A stretch of 64,000 nucleotides of DNA, from the NCBI GenBank assembly GCA_965228895.1, contig OZ245842.1, positions 3,136,001 to 3,200,000 of the forward strand, given 5' to 3'. A program made the translations under genes and the position numbers. Below the pieces are notes generated by a model. It had not been told where the DNA came from. It did not search any database and saw only the letters and a program-made list of their open reading frames with translations. Of this stretch, positions 1 to 9,184 are shown in pieces. The DNA is from Alphaproteobacteria bacterium. Its GTDB lineage: Bacteria; Pseudomonadota; Alphaproteobacteria; SP197. Position 1 is the first letter of the stretch. Every line of letters starts with the position of its first letter.

Positions 1-2
1 CC

Positions 3-722
3 GTGGCGGGCGCGCTTAGGCGCGGTGGCGCGGCGGCGTTGGTGCATCTGCGCGTACGCCGACCCTGGCTTTTGATCCTGCGCTCGCTGGTGTTGCTCGG
101 CACGTTCCTGGCGTTCATCTATGGCGTCGTCCTGCTGCCTCTGGCCGATGCGGTCGCGATCAGCTTCACGACGCCGCTGCTTGCGACCGTGCTCGCCGCG
201 GTTGTTCTGAAAGAACAGGTTGCGTTGCGGCAATGGCTGGCGGTCGCCACCGGGCTCGTCGCCGTCGTCTGGATGGTGCAGCCGGGCGCCGGCGTCATCT
301 CGGCCGGTGCCGCATGGATGTTGTTGAGCGCGCTGCTCGCCGCCATCGACATCATGCTGACGCGCGTTCTGACGCGCAGTGAGAGCAACACGACGATCGT
401 GCTCGCCCTTGCCCTGACCTTCGTTGTGGTTTTGGGCGCGGCGGTGCCGTTCGTGTGGCAACCGCTGACCCTCATCGATATCGGCTTGATTATCGCCATG
501 GGCACCGCCGGCATGATGGCGCAGGCAAGCTTCACCCAGGCAAACCGGCGCGCGCCGCCGCAGGTCTTGGCGCCGTTCGACTATCTGATGCTGGTCTGGG
601 GTGTCTTCTTCGGCTTCGTCATCTGGCGTGAGTGGCCGACGCCGGAGGTGATGGCCGGCGCCGTTGTGTTGATCGCCGTCGGCCTCTATCTGGCGCGCGC
701 CGAGACCCGCGTCCAGGCCTAG
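3..722 (+). CDS. DMT/EamA family transporter (5' truncated by window edge)
   Basis: Multi-TM protein with EamA motifs (FTTPLLATVLAAVVLKEQV; APFDYLMLVWG...WREWP). Confidence 0.85.
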   Translation: MAGALRRGGAAALVHLRVRRPWLLILRSLVLLGTFLAFIYGVVLLPLADAVAISFTTPLLATVLAAVVLKEQVALRQWLAVATGLVAVVWMVQPGAGVISAGAAWMLLSALLAAIDIMLTRVLTRSESNTTIVLALALTFVVVLGAAVPFVWQPLTLIDIGLIIAMGTAGMMAQASFTQANRRAPPQVLAPFDYLMLVWGVFFGFVIWREWPTPEVMAGAVVLIAVGLYLARAETRVQA

Positions 723-753
723 ATCGCCGCCAACAACGCTTGCTGCGGATTGT

Positions 754-1461
754 TTGCAATCGCGCTATAACCCGGCTTGCGGACCGGGCGGGCTCCGCGT
801 TGCTGGGAAGAAGATCATCGTTGGCTACAAGGTCTCCGACACGTTTGCGCTGCGTTACGCAGCGGTCGTGTCGATCATCGCAAGTTTCTACCGATCGGAA
901 GCGCGCAAAGGCGGGCCGACCGCCGACATGCTGGCAGACGTCGCGCGCGAACTGGAGCGACTGGCGCCGCCGGAAGCGCCCGAACCATCCCGCCTGCCCG
1001 GCGCCAAACATCTGGCGGCCGCGCTGCCGGAAGCACTGGATGGTCCGATGGCGTCGGTCGTGCACGGCTTCATGGCGATCGAACCGGAGTGCCCGTGGTT
1101 CCAGACGGAGCACTACCGCGCGTCCCTGGGCGACGACTACATGGACAACTACGGCTACGTCACCCTGGTCGGCGACCGCGCGATCCTGAAACACGATCGC
1201 ATCGCCTGCGGCTTCTTCGTCATCGGGCCGGGACGGCACTACCCCGAGCATCACCATGAAGCCGAAGAGATCTATCACCCGCTGTCCGGCGATACGTTGT
1301 GGAGCCAGAATAGCGGGCCTGGGACGGCGCGCGCGATTGGTGAGGCGGTCCACAATCCGCCGTGGCAGCTCCACGAGATGACGACGCGCGAGACGCCGCT
1401 GTTTGCGCTTTATTGTTGGCGCGGGCGCGTGGCCGATCAGGCGCAGTTGACGGATCCCTGA
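754..1461 (+). CDS. Cupin, DMSP lyase (DddQ/DddL)-like family; true start uncertain, possibly GTG at 868
   Basis: C-terminal cupin motifs GPGRHYPEHHHEAEEIYHPLSG and HNPPWQLHEMTT...PLFALYCWRG. Confidence 0.65.
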   Translation: MQSRYNPACGPGGLRVAGKKIIVGYKVSDTFALRYAAVVSIIASFYRSEARKGGPTADMLADVARELERLAPPEAPEPSRLPGAKHLAAALPEALDGPMASVVHGFMAIEPECPWFQTEHYRASLGDDYMDNYGYVTLVGDRAILKHDRIACGFFVIGPGRHYPEHHHEAEEIYHPLSGDTLWSQNSGPGTARAIGEAVHNPPWQLHEMTTRETPLFALYCWRGRVADQAQLTDP

Positions 1462-1483
1462 ACCCCAACGGACGGAGGTGCCC

Positions 1484-2293
1484 ATGCAGACGGGAACCTT
1501 GAAGACGGACGTCGCCGACGTTTTCTACCTTCAGCAGGGCGCAGGCCCCGACATCGTCTGGATACCCGGCGGCGATCAGACGGGAGAGGAATGGGCCGAA
1601 CAGATGGCCGCCTTCCCCGACTACCGCAACACCAGCTTCGATCCGCGCGGCGCTGGCAAGACCGTGGTCCATGAACCCACGCCATGGCCGATCGCGTCGT
1701 TCGCCAAGGACTGCGCGGCGCTGATCCGCGAGGTCTGCACCCCACCGGTCAATCTGGTCGGTCTCTCGATGGGCGCGCTGATCGTGCAAGAGATGGCGCT
1801 CGCTTATCCGGAACTGGTGCGGGTCGCGATCGCCATGGGAACGTCCGGCAGCAAGGCCGGTTTCATCCATGAATGGGAGGATGCGGAGATCCGGTTCCGC
1901 GAATCCGGCGGCACCCTGCCGCCCGACTTCGCCATGGCCCACTACGCGCTCCTGATGTACCCGTCCGAAGTGCTGGGCGACGACGCGCTGTGGGAAAAGG
2001 TGAAGCCGATCGTCGCGGCGGCCTATCGCGAACGCGATGGCGACATGCTGGCCGCGCAGTGGCAGGCGTGCCTGGACTATTCGGCCATGGACCGCCTGCC
2101 CGACTGCACGCGCCCGCTGCACGTCATCGGTTTCGGTCAGGACATGCAGACTCCGCCGGCGCGCGGCAAGCTGGTCGCCGAAGCGGCCAAGGACGGTCAC
2201 TTCCATTTGCTGGAAGGCCTCGGCCACTGTTCGCTGTTCGGGCACAAACCGGAAGTCGTCAGTGCGAAGATCCGCGAGATCATCGAGACCTGA
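1484..2293 (+). CDS. Alpha/beta fold hydrolase
   Basis: GLSMG nucleophile elbow, DPRGAG, C-terminal GH; GGAGG RBS. Confidence 0.85.
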   Translation: MQTGTLKTDVADVFYLQQGAGPDIVWIPGGDQTGEEWAEQMAAFPDYRNTSFDPRGAGKTVVHEPTPWPIASFAKDCAALIREVCTPPVNLVGLSMGALIVQEMALAYPELVRVAIAMGTSGSKAGFIHEWEDAEIRFRESGGTLPPDFAMAHYALLMYPSEVLGDDALWEKVKPIVAAAYRERDGDMLAAQWQACLDYSAMDRLPDCTRPLHVIGFGQDMQTPPARGKLVAEAAKDGHFHLLEGLGHCSLFGHKPEVVSAKIREIIET

Positions 2294-2295
2294 CG

Positions 2296-2814
2296 GTGAA
2301 GGTCGAACTCATTGTAGCGGGCGATGACGACCGCGCCTTCGTGCAGGAGCTCGGGCGTTTGTACGTCTACGAGATTGCGCGCGTGTTCGGCCCCGATCCC
2401 GAATGGGCGATCGGCAAGGACTGGCTTTATGACGCCGATGACTTCGGCACCTATTGGCAGGACGGCAACCACGCGTTTCTGATAACGGCCGACGATCAGA
2501 TCGCCGGCTTCTGTCTGATCGACCACTATGAGATCGCACCCGGCATCGACTGGAACATGGGGCAGTTCTTTGTTCTCGGTCCCCATACCGGGCGCGGCGT
2601 CGGTAGGCAGGCCGCCACTGCCGCGTTCGCTCGCTTCCCGGGCCGCTGGCAAGTGACCCAGGTGCCCGGCAACGATCCGGCGATCGCGTTCTGGCGACGC
2701 GTCATCGACGACTACACCGGCGGCGGCTTTCTGGAGCAGAGCCTGCCCGATACCCGTCGCGACGACGAACCGCGCAACGTCATGACGTTCGAAAGCCCGG
2801 CGTCACAAACTTGA
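2296..2814 (+). CDS. GNAT family N-acetyltransferase
   Basis: GTG start just after upstream stop; FFVL...GRGVGR motif A, N-x-P-A-I-A-F-W. Confidence 0.8.
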   Translation: MKVELIVAGDDDRAFVQELGRLYVYEIARVFGPDPEWAIGKDWLYDADDFGTYWQDGNHAFLITADDQIAGFCLIDHYEIAPGIDWNMGQFFVLGPHTGRGVGRQAATAAFARFPGRWQVTQVPGNDPAIAFWRRVIDDYTGGGFLEQSLPDTRRDDEPRNVMTFESPASQT

Positions 2815-2874
2815 CATAGGGCGCGGTGTCGGCGCGAAGATAACGCGGCAGGTTCCGCCCATCCCAGTCACGGG

Positions 2875-4092
2875 ATGGCGCCTGCCGGGGGCACGGCGCC
2901 GTTGTTGAGTTTCCGTCTATCCCGTCTGCTGGACGTCACCGGCATCCCCCATGCCTTCACCTTTGCCGCGCTTCAGGGCGTGCAGGGCATTGCATGGGCG
3001 CTGCCCGCGGCGATTATTCCCATCGTCGCGCTGGAGCGCCTGGGCGGCGCGCTGGAGGCAAGCGTGTTTTTCTTTGCCGTCAGCTTTGTCGGCCTGTTCG
3101 GCAACATGGCCGGGCCGACATTGATCGATTGGATCGGCCGGCGCCGGACGTTTCTTTTGGGTGGCATCCTGGTCGTTCTCTCCGGCATTTTCTTTCCGAT
3201 GGACGGTATCGTCGCGCTGGTCATCGGCATGGTGTGTTACGTGCTGGGTTTCCTGTGTCTCGATCTCTGCTTCACGGTCGCCTTCATGGAGCGCATTCCG
3301 CGGCGCGCCTTCACCCGCTTCGAGCCGCTGCGCATGATGTTCATGGGCGCCGGTTTCATCATCGGCCCGACACTTGGCGTGCAGCTCAACCTGAGCGTGG
3401 CGCTGTGGGCGCCGTTCGGGTTGATGGCCGCTCTTGGTCTGATCAACGCGGTTTATGCGCTTCAAAGAAAACTGATCGACGAACCGGTAGGTGGGCCGCG
3501 GGGACGTCGCCGGTCGAACCCGCTTCAGTTCGTGCCGCGCTTCACGCGCCAGCCGCGCTTGCGGCTTGCCTGGTTCCTGGCCGTCCTCAGATCGTCGTGG
3601 TGGACGATGTACTTCATCTACGCGCCGATCTATTGCGTCGAGTACGGCCTGGGCGAGGGCTGGGCCGGCATCATTCTGTCGGTCGCCTCGACCTTTATGC
3701 TGTTGGTGCCGCTGTGGGGGCGGCTTGGCCGGCGCATCGGCCTGCGCGCGTTGTTGGCGGCCGGTTACCTGGGCACCGGTTTGCTGTCGATTCTGGTCGC
3801 GCCGGTCGCCGATTGGCCGTCATTGGGCGTTGCCGTTCTGCTGGCCGCAGCGCTCGCCGCCTCGCTGATTGATGCCGCCGGAAACTCGCTTTTCCTGCGC
3901 GCCGTCCACCCCCATGAACGGCCGCAAATGGCGTCGGTGTTCTCGACCTACCGTGAAATCGGCAAGATCGGGCCGCCCGGTCTGTGCGCGGCCTTGCTGG
4001 TCGTTTTCCCCCTGCCCGTGGTGTTTGTCGCGGCCGGCACCTTGGCCGTGACCGGCGCCTGGTACACACGGTTCGTGCCGAGGCGCTATTAG
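2875..4092 (+). CDS. MFS transporter
   Basis: About 12 hydrophobic segments, DWIGRRR motif A. Confidence 0.85.
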   Translation: MAPAGGTAPLLSFRLSRLLDVTGIPHAFTFAALQGVQGIAWALPAAIIPIVALERLGGALEASVFFFAVSFVGLFGNMAGPTLIDWIGRRRTFLLGGILVVLSGIFFPMDGIVALVIGMVCYVLGFLCLDLCFTVAFMERIPRRAFTRFEPLRMMFMGAGFIIGPTLGVQLNLSVALWAPFGLMAALGLINAVYALQRKLIDEPVGGPRGRRRSNPLQFVPRFTRQPRLRLAWFLAVLRSSWWTMYFIYAPIYCVEYGLGEGWAGIILSVASTFMLLVPLWGRLGRRIGLRALLAAGYLGTGLLSILVAPVADWPSLGVAVLLAAALAASLIDAAGNSLFLRAVHPHERPQMASVFSTYREIGKIGPPGLCAALLVVFPLPVVFVAAGTLAVTGAWYTRFVPRRY

Positions 4093-4267
4093 GCGAACGA
4101 CGCCGATCCATCCTTCACATCAACGTGATGGCTTAAGGCGGCGTAGGGTCGCGGCCCCTGCCCCGTAAGAACGGTAAGCAGCCGTGGGCTTCATGCCGCC
4201 ACCTTGCCGTGGCGGGTCCGTCCCATGGTTTCCGCGTGTCGAGCGCTTCGAGGGGAGAGTAGCTTCG

Positions 4268-5023
4268 ATGTTAAAGACCTTAGCCGTTGCCGCCCTGATC
4301 AGCCCGTTGGGCCTTCAGTCCTTAGACGATCAACTGCAGTCAACGACCGCGTTGGCGACCCAGCCAGCGGTTATCGACCAAGCGTCAGAAGGCGCGTTCG
4401 TCGACGACCTCACCTGGGATGGCGAGGACGCCGGCCTTTATGACGTCCACCACAGATACTGGCACCATGGCGGCCACGGTGGTGAGGGCGGCGAAGGCGG
4501 TGAAGGTGGCGAGGGCTATTACAACATCTATAACTACCCGAGCCACCAGACCTATTACCCCGCCTACACCAACCAACCTTATCAGGCGCCCAAGGGCCAG
4601 TCGTATTTTGGCCCGTGCAACCGCGACAGCCTGATCGGCGCGCTCGCCGGCGGCGCTGCGGGCGGTCTGCTGGGCAGCCAGATCGGCAAGGGTAACGGCC
4701 AGCTCGTCGCCGTCGGCGCCGGCGTCTTGATCGGCGCGCTGTTGGGCCAGGAAGTCGGCTCGCGGCTCAGTGCCGGCGACCTCGCCTGCGCCGAACAGGC
4801 TGGATACCAGGCGCATACCGTGCCGGTCGGCCAGCAGATCGCCTGGAACAACCCGCAGACCGGCAACTCAGGCTACGTCGTGCCGGTGCGCGACGGCACC
4901 CACCAGGGCACCGGCCAGTACTGCCGCGAGTACCAGACGGTGGTCTATGTCGGCGGCCGCCAGGAAAGCGGGTACGGCACGGCGTGCTACCGGCCGGACG
5001 GATCATGGGAAATCATTAACTAG
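4268..5023 (+). CDS. RT0821/Lpp0805 (17-kDa surface antigen-like) glycine-zipper protein with His-rich/GGE-repeat extension
   Basis: GGAAGGLLGSQIGKGNGQLVAVGAGVLIGALLG zipper; WNNPQTGNSG...YCREYQ...GTACYRPDGSW. Confidence 0.8.
   Translation: MLKTLAVAALISPLGLQSLDDQLQSTTALATQPAVIDQASEGAFVDDLTWDGEDAGLYDVHHRYWHHGGHGGEGGEGGEGGEGYYNIYNYPSHQTYYPAYTNQPYQAPKGQSYFGPCNRDSLIGALAGGAAGGLLGSQIGKGNGQLVAVGAGVLIGALLGQEVGSRLSAGDLACAEQAGYQAHTVPVGQQIAWNNPQTGNSGYVVPVRDGTHQGTGQYCREYQTVVYVGGRQESGYGTACYRPDGSWEIIN
4478..4516 (+). repeat. In-frame 9-bp repeat encoding (GGE)x4-G
   Basis: ggtggtgag ggcggcgaa ggcggtgaa ggtggcgag ggc. Confidence 0.85.
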
Positions 5024-5035
5024 AGGATCCGGCCT

Positions 5036-6451
5036 CTAGTCGGCTATCTCCGACACGAAGTCCTGGAACTTGCCGGCGGCACTGCGCGGGAGTTCGTCCA
5101 GCTCTGTGACCGTTACGTCGAAGCTTTGGCCGTACTTGTCGCGGACCCAGGCGGCGAGCGCCTTTGCCTCGTCGGCCTGAAGCGGGCGTGAGACCTCGAC
5201 GCGCAGTTCCAGGCACCTGATGTCGTGCTGCACGAATTGATAGCGGTTGATCGGTGCGAGGCTGAGCAAGGCCTTGATGTTGGGCGACGAGAGCAGTGGC
5301 CAATGGCGGTCGCCTGAGGGCATCACCAGCATGTTCTGGGTGCGGCCGTGGATCCGGGTGAGCACCGGCAGGCCGCGCCCGCACGGGCAGGGCTCGCCGA
5401 CCTCCGCATAGTCGCCGATATCGTAGCGCAGCATGGGCATGGCGAAGTTGTGGAGCGGCGTGACGACGACCCGGCCGGTTTCGCCGGGTCCGCAGGGTTC
5501 GCCCGCTTCGTCCAGCACCTCCAACAGCACGCCTTCGCTTTGCACGTGGTAGTGATCGTGGTCCGGGCATTGCAGCGCCAAGTATCCGGCTTCGCGCGCC
5601 GTATACATGTCGACCACAGGCACGTCCCAGGCTTCGCGCACGAGGTCGCGCACGGCCGGTTGCAGGATTTCGGAGATCGTCAGGACCTGCCTGAGATCGG
5701 GCAGTTCGATGCCTTGTTCCAGACATAGGCGCGCGAGATCGGCGGCGTTGCTGGGGTGGGTCAACAGATAATCGGCGTTCTGCCGGACCAGCCACAGGAG
5801 CTGATGGTCGACCGGCGTCAGGATGTTGAGGCTGACGCTTGGCCCCGTGGCGAAGACCGGGTTCGACGAACGGCCCCAACCCGGTGAGACGACGCCATCG
5901 GGATAGGGCGCCTTGCCCACGCCGGACTCGCGCAGGACAGCCAGCGTGCCCGCGCGATCGCGGCGATGCCACAGGTGGTCGCGCTGGGTGAAGGCGCTCC
6001 AGATCATCTCCCACAGTTCCGTGCGCACGGCGCGGATCGGCGTGCCGGTAGAGCCGCTGGTGAAGATCTCCTTTCGGCGGCCATGGCCCGCGGGCAGGCT
6101 ACGGGTAACGAGATCCTCGCCAGCCGCCTGGATATCGGCGCGGGTCAGCAACGGAAGACGCCGCCAAGTGTCGGGGCCCTCCAGGTCAATGGGCGTCAGA
6201 CCTGCGCCCTCGAACCGTTGGCGATAAAACGGCACGGTGAGATAGGCGTGGGCGGCGAGCTTTCCTAGTTGTTCGAACTGAGAGGCAAGCAGCCGCTCGG
6301 GTTGCCACCACTGGCTCTGCTCGAACTGATAAAGCAGCGCCAGGATGGTCGCGTTGCGCCGGTCCGGCAGTGCCGGCCAGACAATGTCGTCGATTGCCGT
6401 TGTCGGCAGATGGTCCTTCACAACGCCAAAACCCGCCTGCCCTGAATACAA
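5036..6451 (-). CDS. Phenylacetate-CoA ligase/CapK-like adenylate-forming enzyme
   Basis: TSGSTGTP P-loop, VPFYR, PLHNFAMPMLRYDIGD. Confidence 0.8.
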   Translation of the reverse strand: MYSGQAGFGVVKDHLPTTAIDDIVWPALPDRRNATILALLYQFEQSQWWQPERLLASQFEQLGKLAAHAYLTVPFYRQRFEGAGLTPIDLEGPDTWRRLPLLTRADIQAAGEDLVTRSLPAGHGRRKEIFTSGSTGTPIRAVRTELWEMIWSAFTQRDHLWHRRDRAGTLAVLRESGVGKAPYPDGVVSPGWGRSSNPVFATGPSVSLNILTPVDHQLLWLVRQNADYLLTHPSNAADLARLCLEQGIELPDLRQVLTISEILQPAVRDLVREAWDVPVVDMYTAREAGYLALQCPDHDHYHVQSEGVLLEVLDEAGEPCGPGETGRVVVTPLHNFAMPMLRYDIGDYAEVGEPCPCGRGLPVLTRIHGRTQNMLVMPSGDRHWPLLSSPNIKALLSLAPINRYQFVQHDIRCLELRVEVSRPLQADEAKALAAWVRDKYGQSFDVTVTELDELPRSAAGKFQDFVSEIAD

Positions 6452-6521
6452 GACAGACGGGTTCTAGATCATTGGCGCTGACTCCGGAATGGTCAGCAAA
6501 CAGACTTTTTTGGGACCTCGC

Positions 6522-6935
6522 CTACTGCGTCGGCGGGCGGTAGGTCGTGTTGCGGCGGCCGGCTGCGGCGCGGCGCTCCAAGATGTCGTTCCAGGGATCC
6601 CAGGTCGCCAGCGGAACCGGCGAGGTTCTGGGACAGGTCACCAGGAACTCGGTCTCGGGAAAGCGCTGCCGCAGCTTATCGAGGTCATCCTCGGTATCGT
6701 CTGGCAGATCGGTCATATCGATCAGCACAACATTGGGTTTCGGATCGCCCCTGCCCAGCGACATCAACGACTTCAAGTTGACGGCCTGCAGGGTGACGCA
6801 CATTCCCCGATAACCGAAGATATCTGCCAGTTTTTGACGAGAATCCTGGTCGCGCCCGACACAGTAAGCAAAGCTCGATGTTGCCATTGCGGCATCCCCC
6901 ACCTGAGTGGCCAAACTTGCCTCGATTCCAGCCAT
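6522..6935 (-). CDS. Hypothetical protein, possibly a degenerate receiver-like domain
   Basis: PNVVLIDM...LDKLRQRFPETEFLV resembles receiver beta3-alpha3-beta4. Confidence 0.45.
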   Translation of the reverse strand: MAGIEASLATQVGDAAMATSSFAYCVGRDQDSRQKLADIFGYRGMCVTLQAVNLKSLMSLGRGDPKPNVVLIDMTDLPDDTEDDLDKLRQRFPETEFLVTCPRTSPVPLATWDPWNDILERRAAAGRRNTTYRPPTQ

Positions 6936-7334
6936 ATTGATTCACCATTTTGAATCTTATGCCTATGGCCGTTACCGAGACATGAGATCATCTTCGTTTG
7001 ATAACCTCTTGACTCAAAACGAAGATACCATAACGGCCAATTCGTATCCAAAAGGTTAACGGATTACAGGGTGGCGTAAGTGCGCGACGTCACACGTCAA
7101 GTGTGCGCGTCGTCACGATCCCGCGTTTTGTGGTTAGACAGGGTGGTTAATCGGCAGAAAACCGCCGATTCCTGAAGGGCGCGATGACGGGCTTAAAACC
7201 CCGCGCCGGCGGCAAAACCCATCGAAAGGGGTGTGATTCCCAGAACACAGTGCTGGCGAAAAAGCACTGAGTCCGACGGACTTGGCGTCGAGTCCTGAGT
7301 CCAAGGACTCGCAAACGGCGCCAAAACTGCATCG

Positions 7335-7613
7335 TTAGGTGTCGAGGATATCGGCGAGCGCGGCGGCGGTCGCCTTACCGGTCTGGACCGGGATGATTTC
7401 GAAGGCAACGAGGTCCGACCACTGGCCGACCCAGCGCTGCAAAAGGCCGATATCGTCGCATTCCATGACCTGAAAACAGCGGCTCATGTCCGCGGCAATC
7501 CAGCTGTCGTGGAAGATCAAGCCGTCGGGCACCATGCGGCCCTGGTCGCGAAACCGGCGGTACACCGCGCGGCCGTCCTGATTGCGGAACGTCTCGATGA
7601 CGAAATAGAGCAT
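7335..7613 (-). CDS. DUF3303 family protein
   Basis: MLYFVIETF...VYRRFRDQGRM.PDGL...RCFQVMECDD...W.DLV.FEI.PV. Confidence 0.75.
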   Translation of the reverse strand: MLYFVIETFRNQDGRAVYRRFRDQGRMVPDGLIFHDSWIAADMSRCFQVMECDDIGLLQRWVGQWSDLVAFEIIPVQTGKATAAALADILDT

Positions 7614-7656
7614 ATCGGCCCTCCCCTATTCTGGTGGATCAACTTCGTTGGCATGA

Positions 7657-7724
7657 CCGGCCCGCTCCCCTCCCGGCCACCCCAAGGATGCTGCCATGGG
7701 TGGCCGGGAGGGGGAGCGGGCCGG
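7657..7724. repeat. Long GC-rich palindrome (REP-like)
   Basis: ccggcccgctcccctcccggccaccc / gggtggccgggagggggagcgggccgg; about 26-bp arms with one bulge. Confidence 0.8.
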
Positions 7725-7741
7725 CGCCGAAGCATCATTCT

Positions 7742-8695
7742 TTAGCGGAACAACGCGGATACGGACGATCCGTTGTGAATGGCGCCGATGGCATTGGCGA
7801 ACAACCCGGCGACGGACACCACCTCGACCTTGGAGCTGCGGCGTTCCGCCGGGATCGGGATCGAATTGGTGACGACGACGCGCCCGATCGGCGAACCATC
7901 CAGCTTGGCTTTGGCGTTGCCGGACATAACGGCATGCATGGCGGCGGCTTCGATCCGCTTGGCGCCCCGGCTCTGCAGATAGTCAGCGGCGGCAATCAGT
8001 GTCCCGCCGCTGGCGATCTCGTCATCGACAATCAAGGTGTCTCGCCCTTCGACATCGCCGATCAGGCCGACCGCCACCGGCTGTTCGCTATCGTCGTGCC
8101 GGCGCTTGTCGATGATCGCCATGGGCAGATTCAGCCGATGGGCGTAGTGCTCGAGATCCTTGGCCTCGCCGACATCGCCGGCGACCAGCACCGTATTTTC
8201 CAGCGGCATGGCCTGCAGCAGGTGATCGCAGACCAGAGGCGTAGCGTCGAGCTGATCGACGGGAATGCGGAAAAACCCCTGCACCTGCGGCGAATGCAGG
8301 TTCATGGTCAGCACCCGGTCGGCGCCGGCGGTCTCCAGGAGATCGGCGATCAGGCGCGCGGTGATCGAAATGCGCGGCCGGTCCTTCTTGTCCGAACGCG
8401 CATAGGGAAAATACGGCATGACGGCGGTGATGCGCCGGGCGGACGCGTGCTTCAACGCATCGATCATGATCAGGAGTTCGATAATGCCATCGGAGACAGG
8501 CGGGCAGGATGTCTGAATGACGAAGACATCGCTTTCGCGAACGTTCTCGTTGCACTGAAAGAGGATGTTTTCGTTGCCGAACCGGACGGTTTCGGTCTGC
8601 GTCAGCTCAAGATCAAGACAACCGGCAATCTCCTGGGCGAGATCCGGATGCGACGAGCCGGAGATCAGTTTGATGTCGTTTGCCACCGTCATCAC
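7742..8695 (-). CDS. prs: Ribose-phosphate pyrophosphokinase
   Basis: ELLIMIDALK.ASARRITAVMPYFPYAR, LHSPQVQGFF, IIDKRR, IVDDEIASGGT. Confidence 0.9.
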   Translation of the reverse strand: MMTVANDIKLISGSSHPDLAQEIAGCLDLELTQTETVRFGNENILFQCNENVRESDVFVIQTSCPPVSDGIIELLIMIDALKHASARRITAVMPYFPYARSDKKDRPRISITARLIADLLETAGADRVLTMNLHSPQVQGFFRIPVDQLDATPLVCDHLLQAMPLENTVLVAGDVGEAKDLEHYAHRLNLPMAIIDKRRHDDSEQPVAVGLIGDVEGRDTLIVDDEIASGGTLIAAADYLQSRGAKRIEAAAMHAVMSGNAKAKLDGSPIGRVVVTNSIPIPAERRSSKVEVVSVAGLFANAIGAIHNGSSVSALFR

Positions 8696-8790
8696 CCCCT
8701 CGCCTGACGGCCCAGGGTTTAGGCCGGGGTGACGCGATTGGCTAGAAAAATTCGGCCGTTAACCCGGCGGCCGCAAGAGTCGGCGCGGCC

Positions 8791-9075
8791 TCAGTTGTTG
8801 GCGGTCAACGGATCGATGACCTGCGAAATCTCCGTAATCTTGTTCGCCGGGATACCACTCAGCTCGGCATGTTCTTTGATCAGGTCTTCGCTCTCGGCGA
8901 GATAGATGCAGAACGTCTTGTCGGCTGCGACGTAACTGTGTTGCCACTGGATCCCGTTGCCAATCTGGCCAATGGCCTGGTTCGAGGCGCGAGACGCACC
9001 ACAAAGTTCGACGATCGACATGGCGCCGACACCAGGAATGTCCCGTTCAATCAAGAACCGCTTCATGGTTGTCAT
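8791..9075 (-). CDS. DUF4242 domain protein
   Basis: FLIERDIPG...IQWQHSYVAADKTFCIYLA...EHA..SG.PANKITE. Confidence 0.8.
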   Translation of the reverse strand: MTTMKRFLIERDIPGVGAMSIVELCGASRASNQAIGQIGNGIQWQHSYVAADKTFCIYLAESEDLIKEHAELSGIPANKITEISQVIDPLTANN

Positions 9076-9184
9076 GACTGATCCCCTCAAGTGCGTCGGG
9101 TTTGCCCAACCAATGTCGATCATGTGGGCCAAACATCAAGCTAAAGGTGCTTTATCTAGCTAAAGGCGAGCTTTATGATAGCCC

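Noticed and set aside
7208-7260. c-di-GMP-I riboswitch-like start (ggcaaaacccatcgaaagggg)
   Set aside because: The following GACGCAAAGC segment and second stem with tetraloop receptor are absent, and there is no downstream plus-strand gene.
6924-7330. Replication origin or full CtrA boxes
   Set aside because: No good DnaA boxes or TTAA-N7-TTAA site found, and no typical origin-flanking genes.
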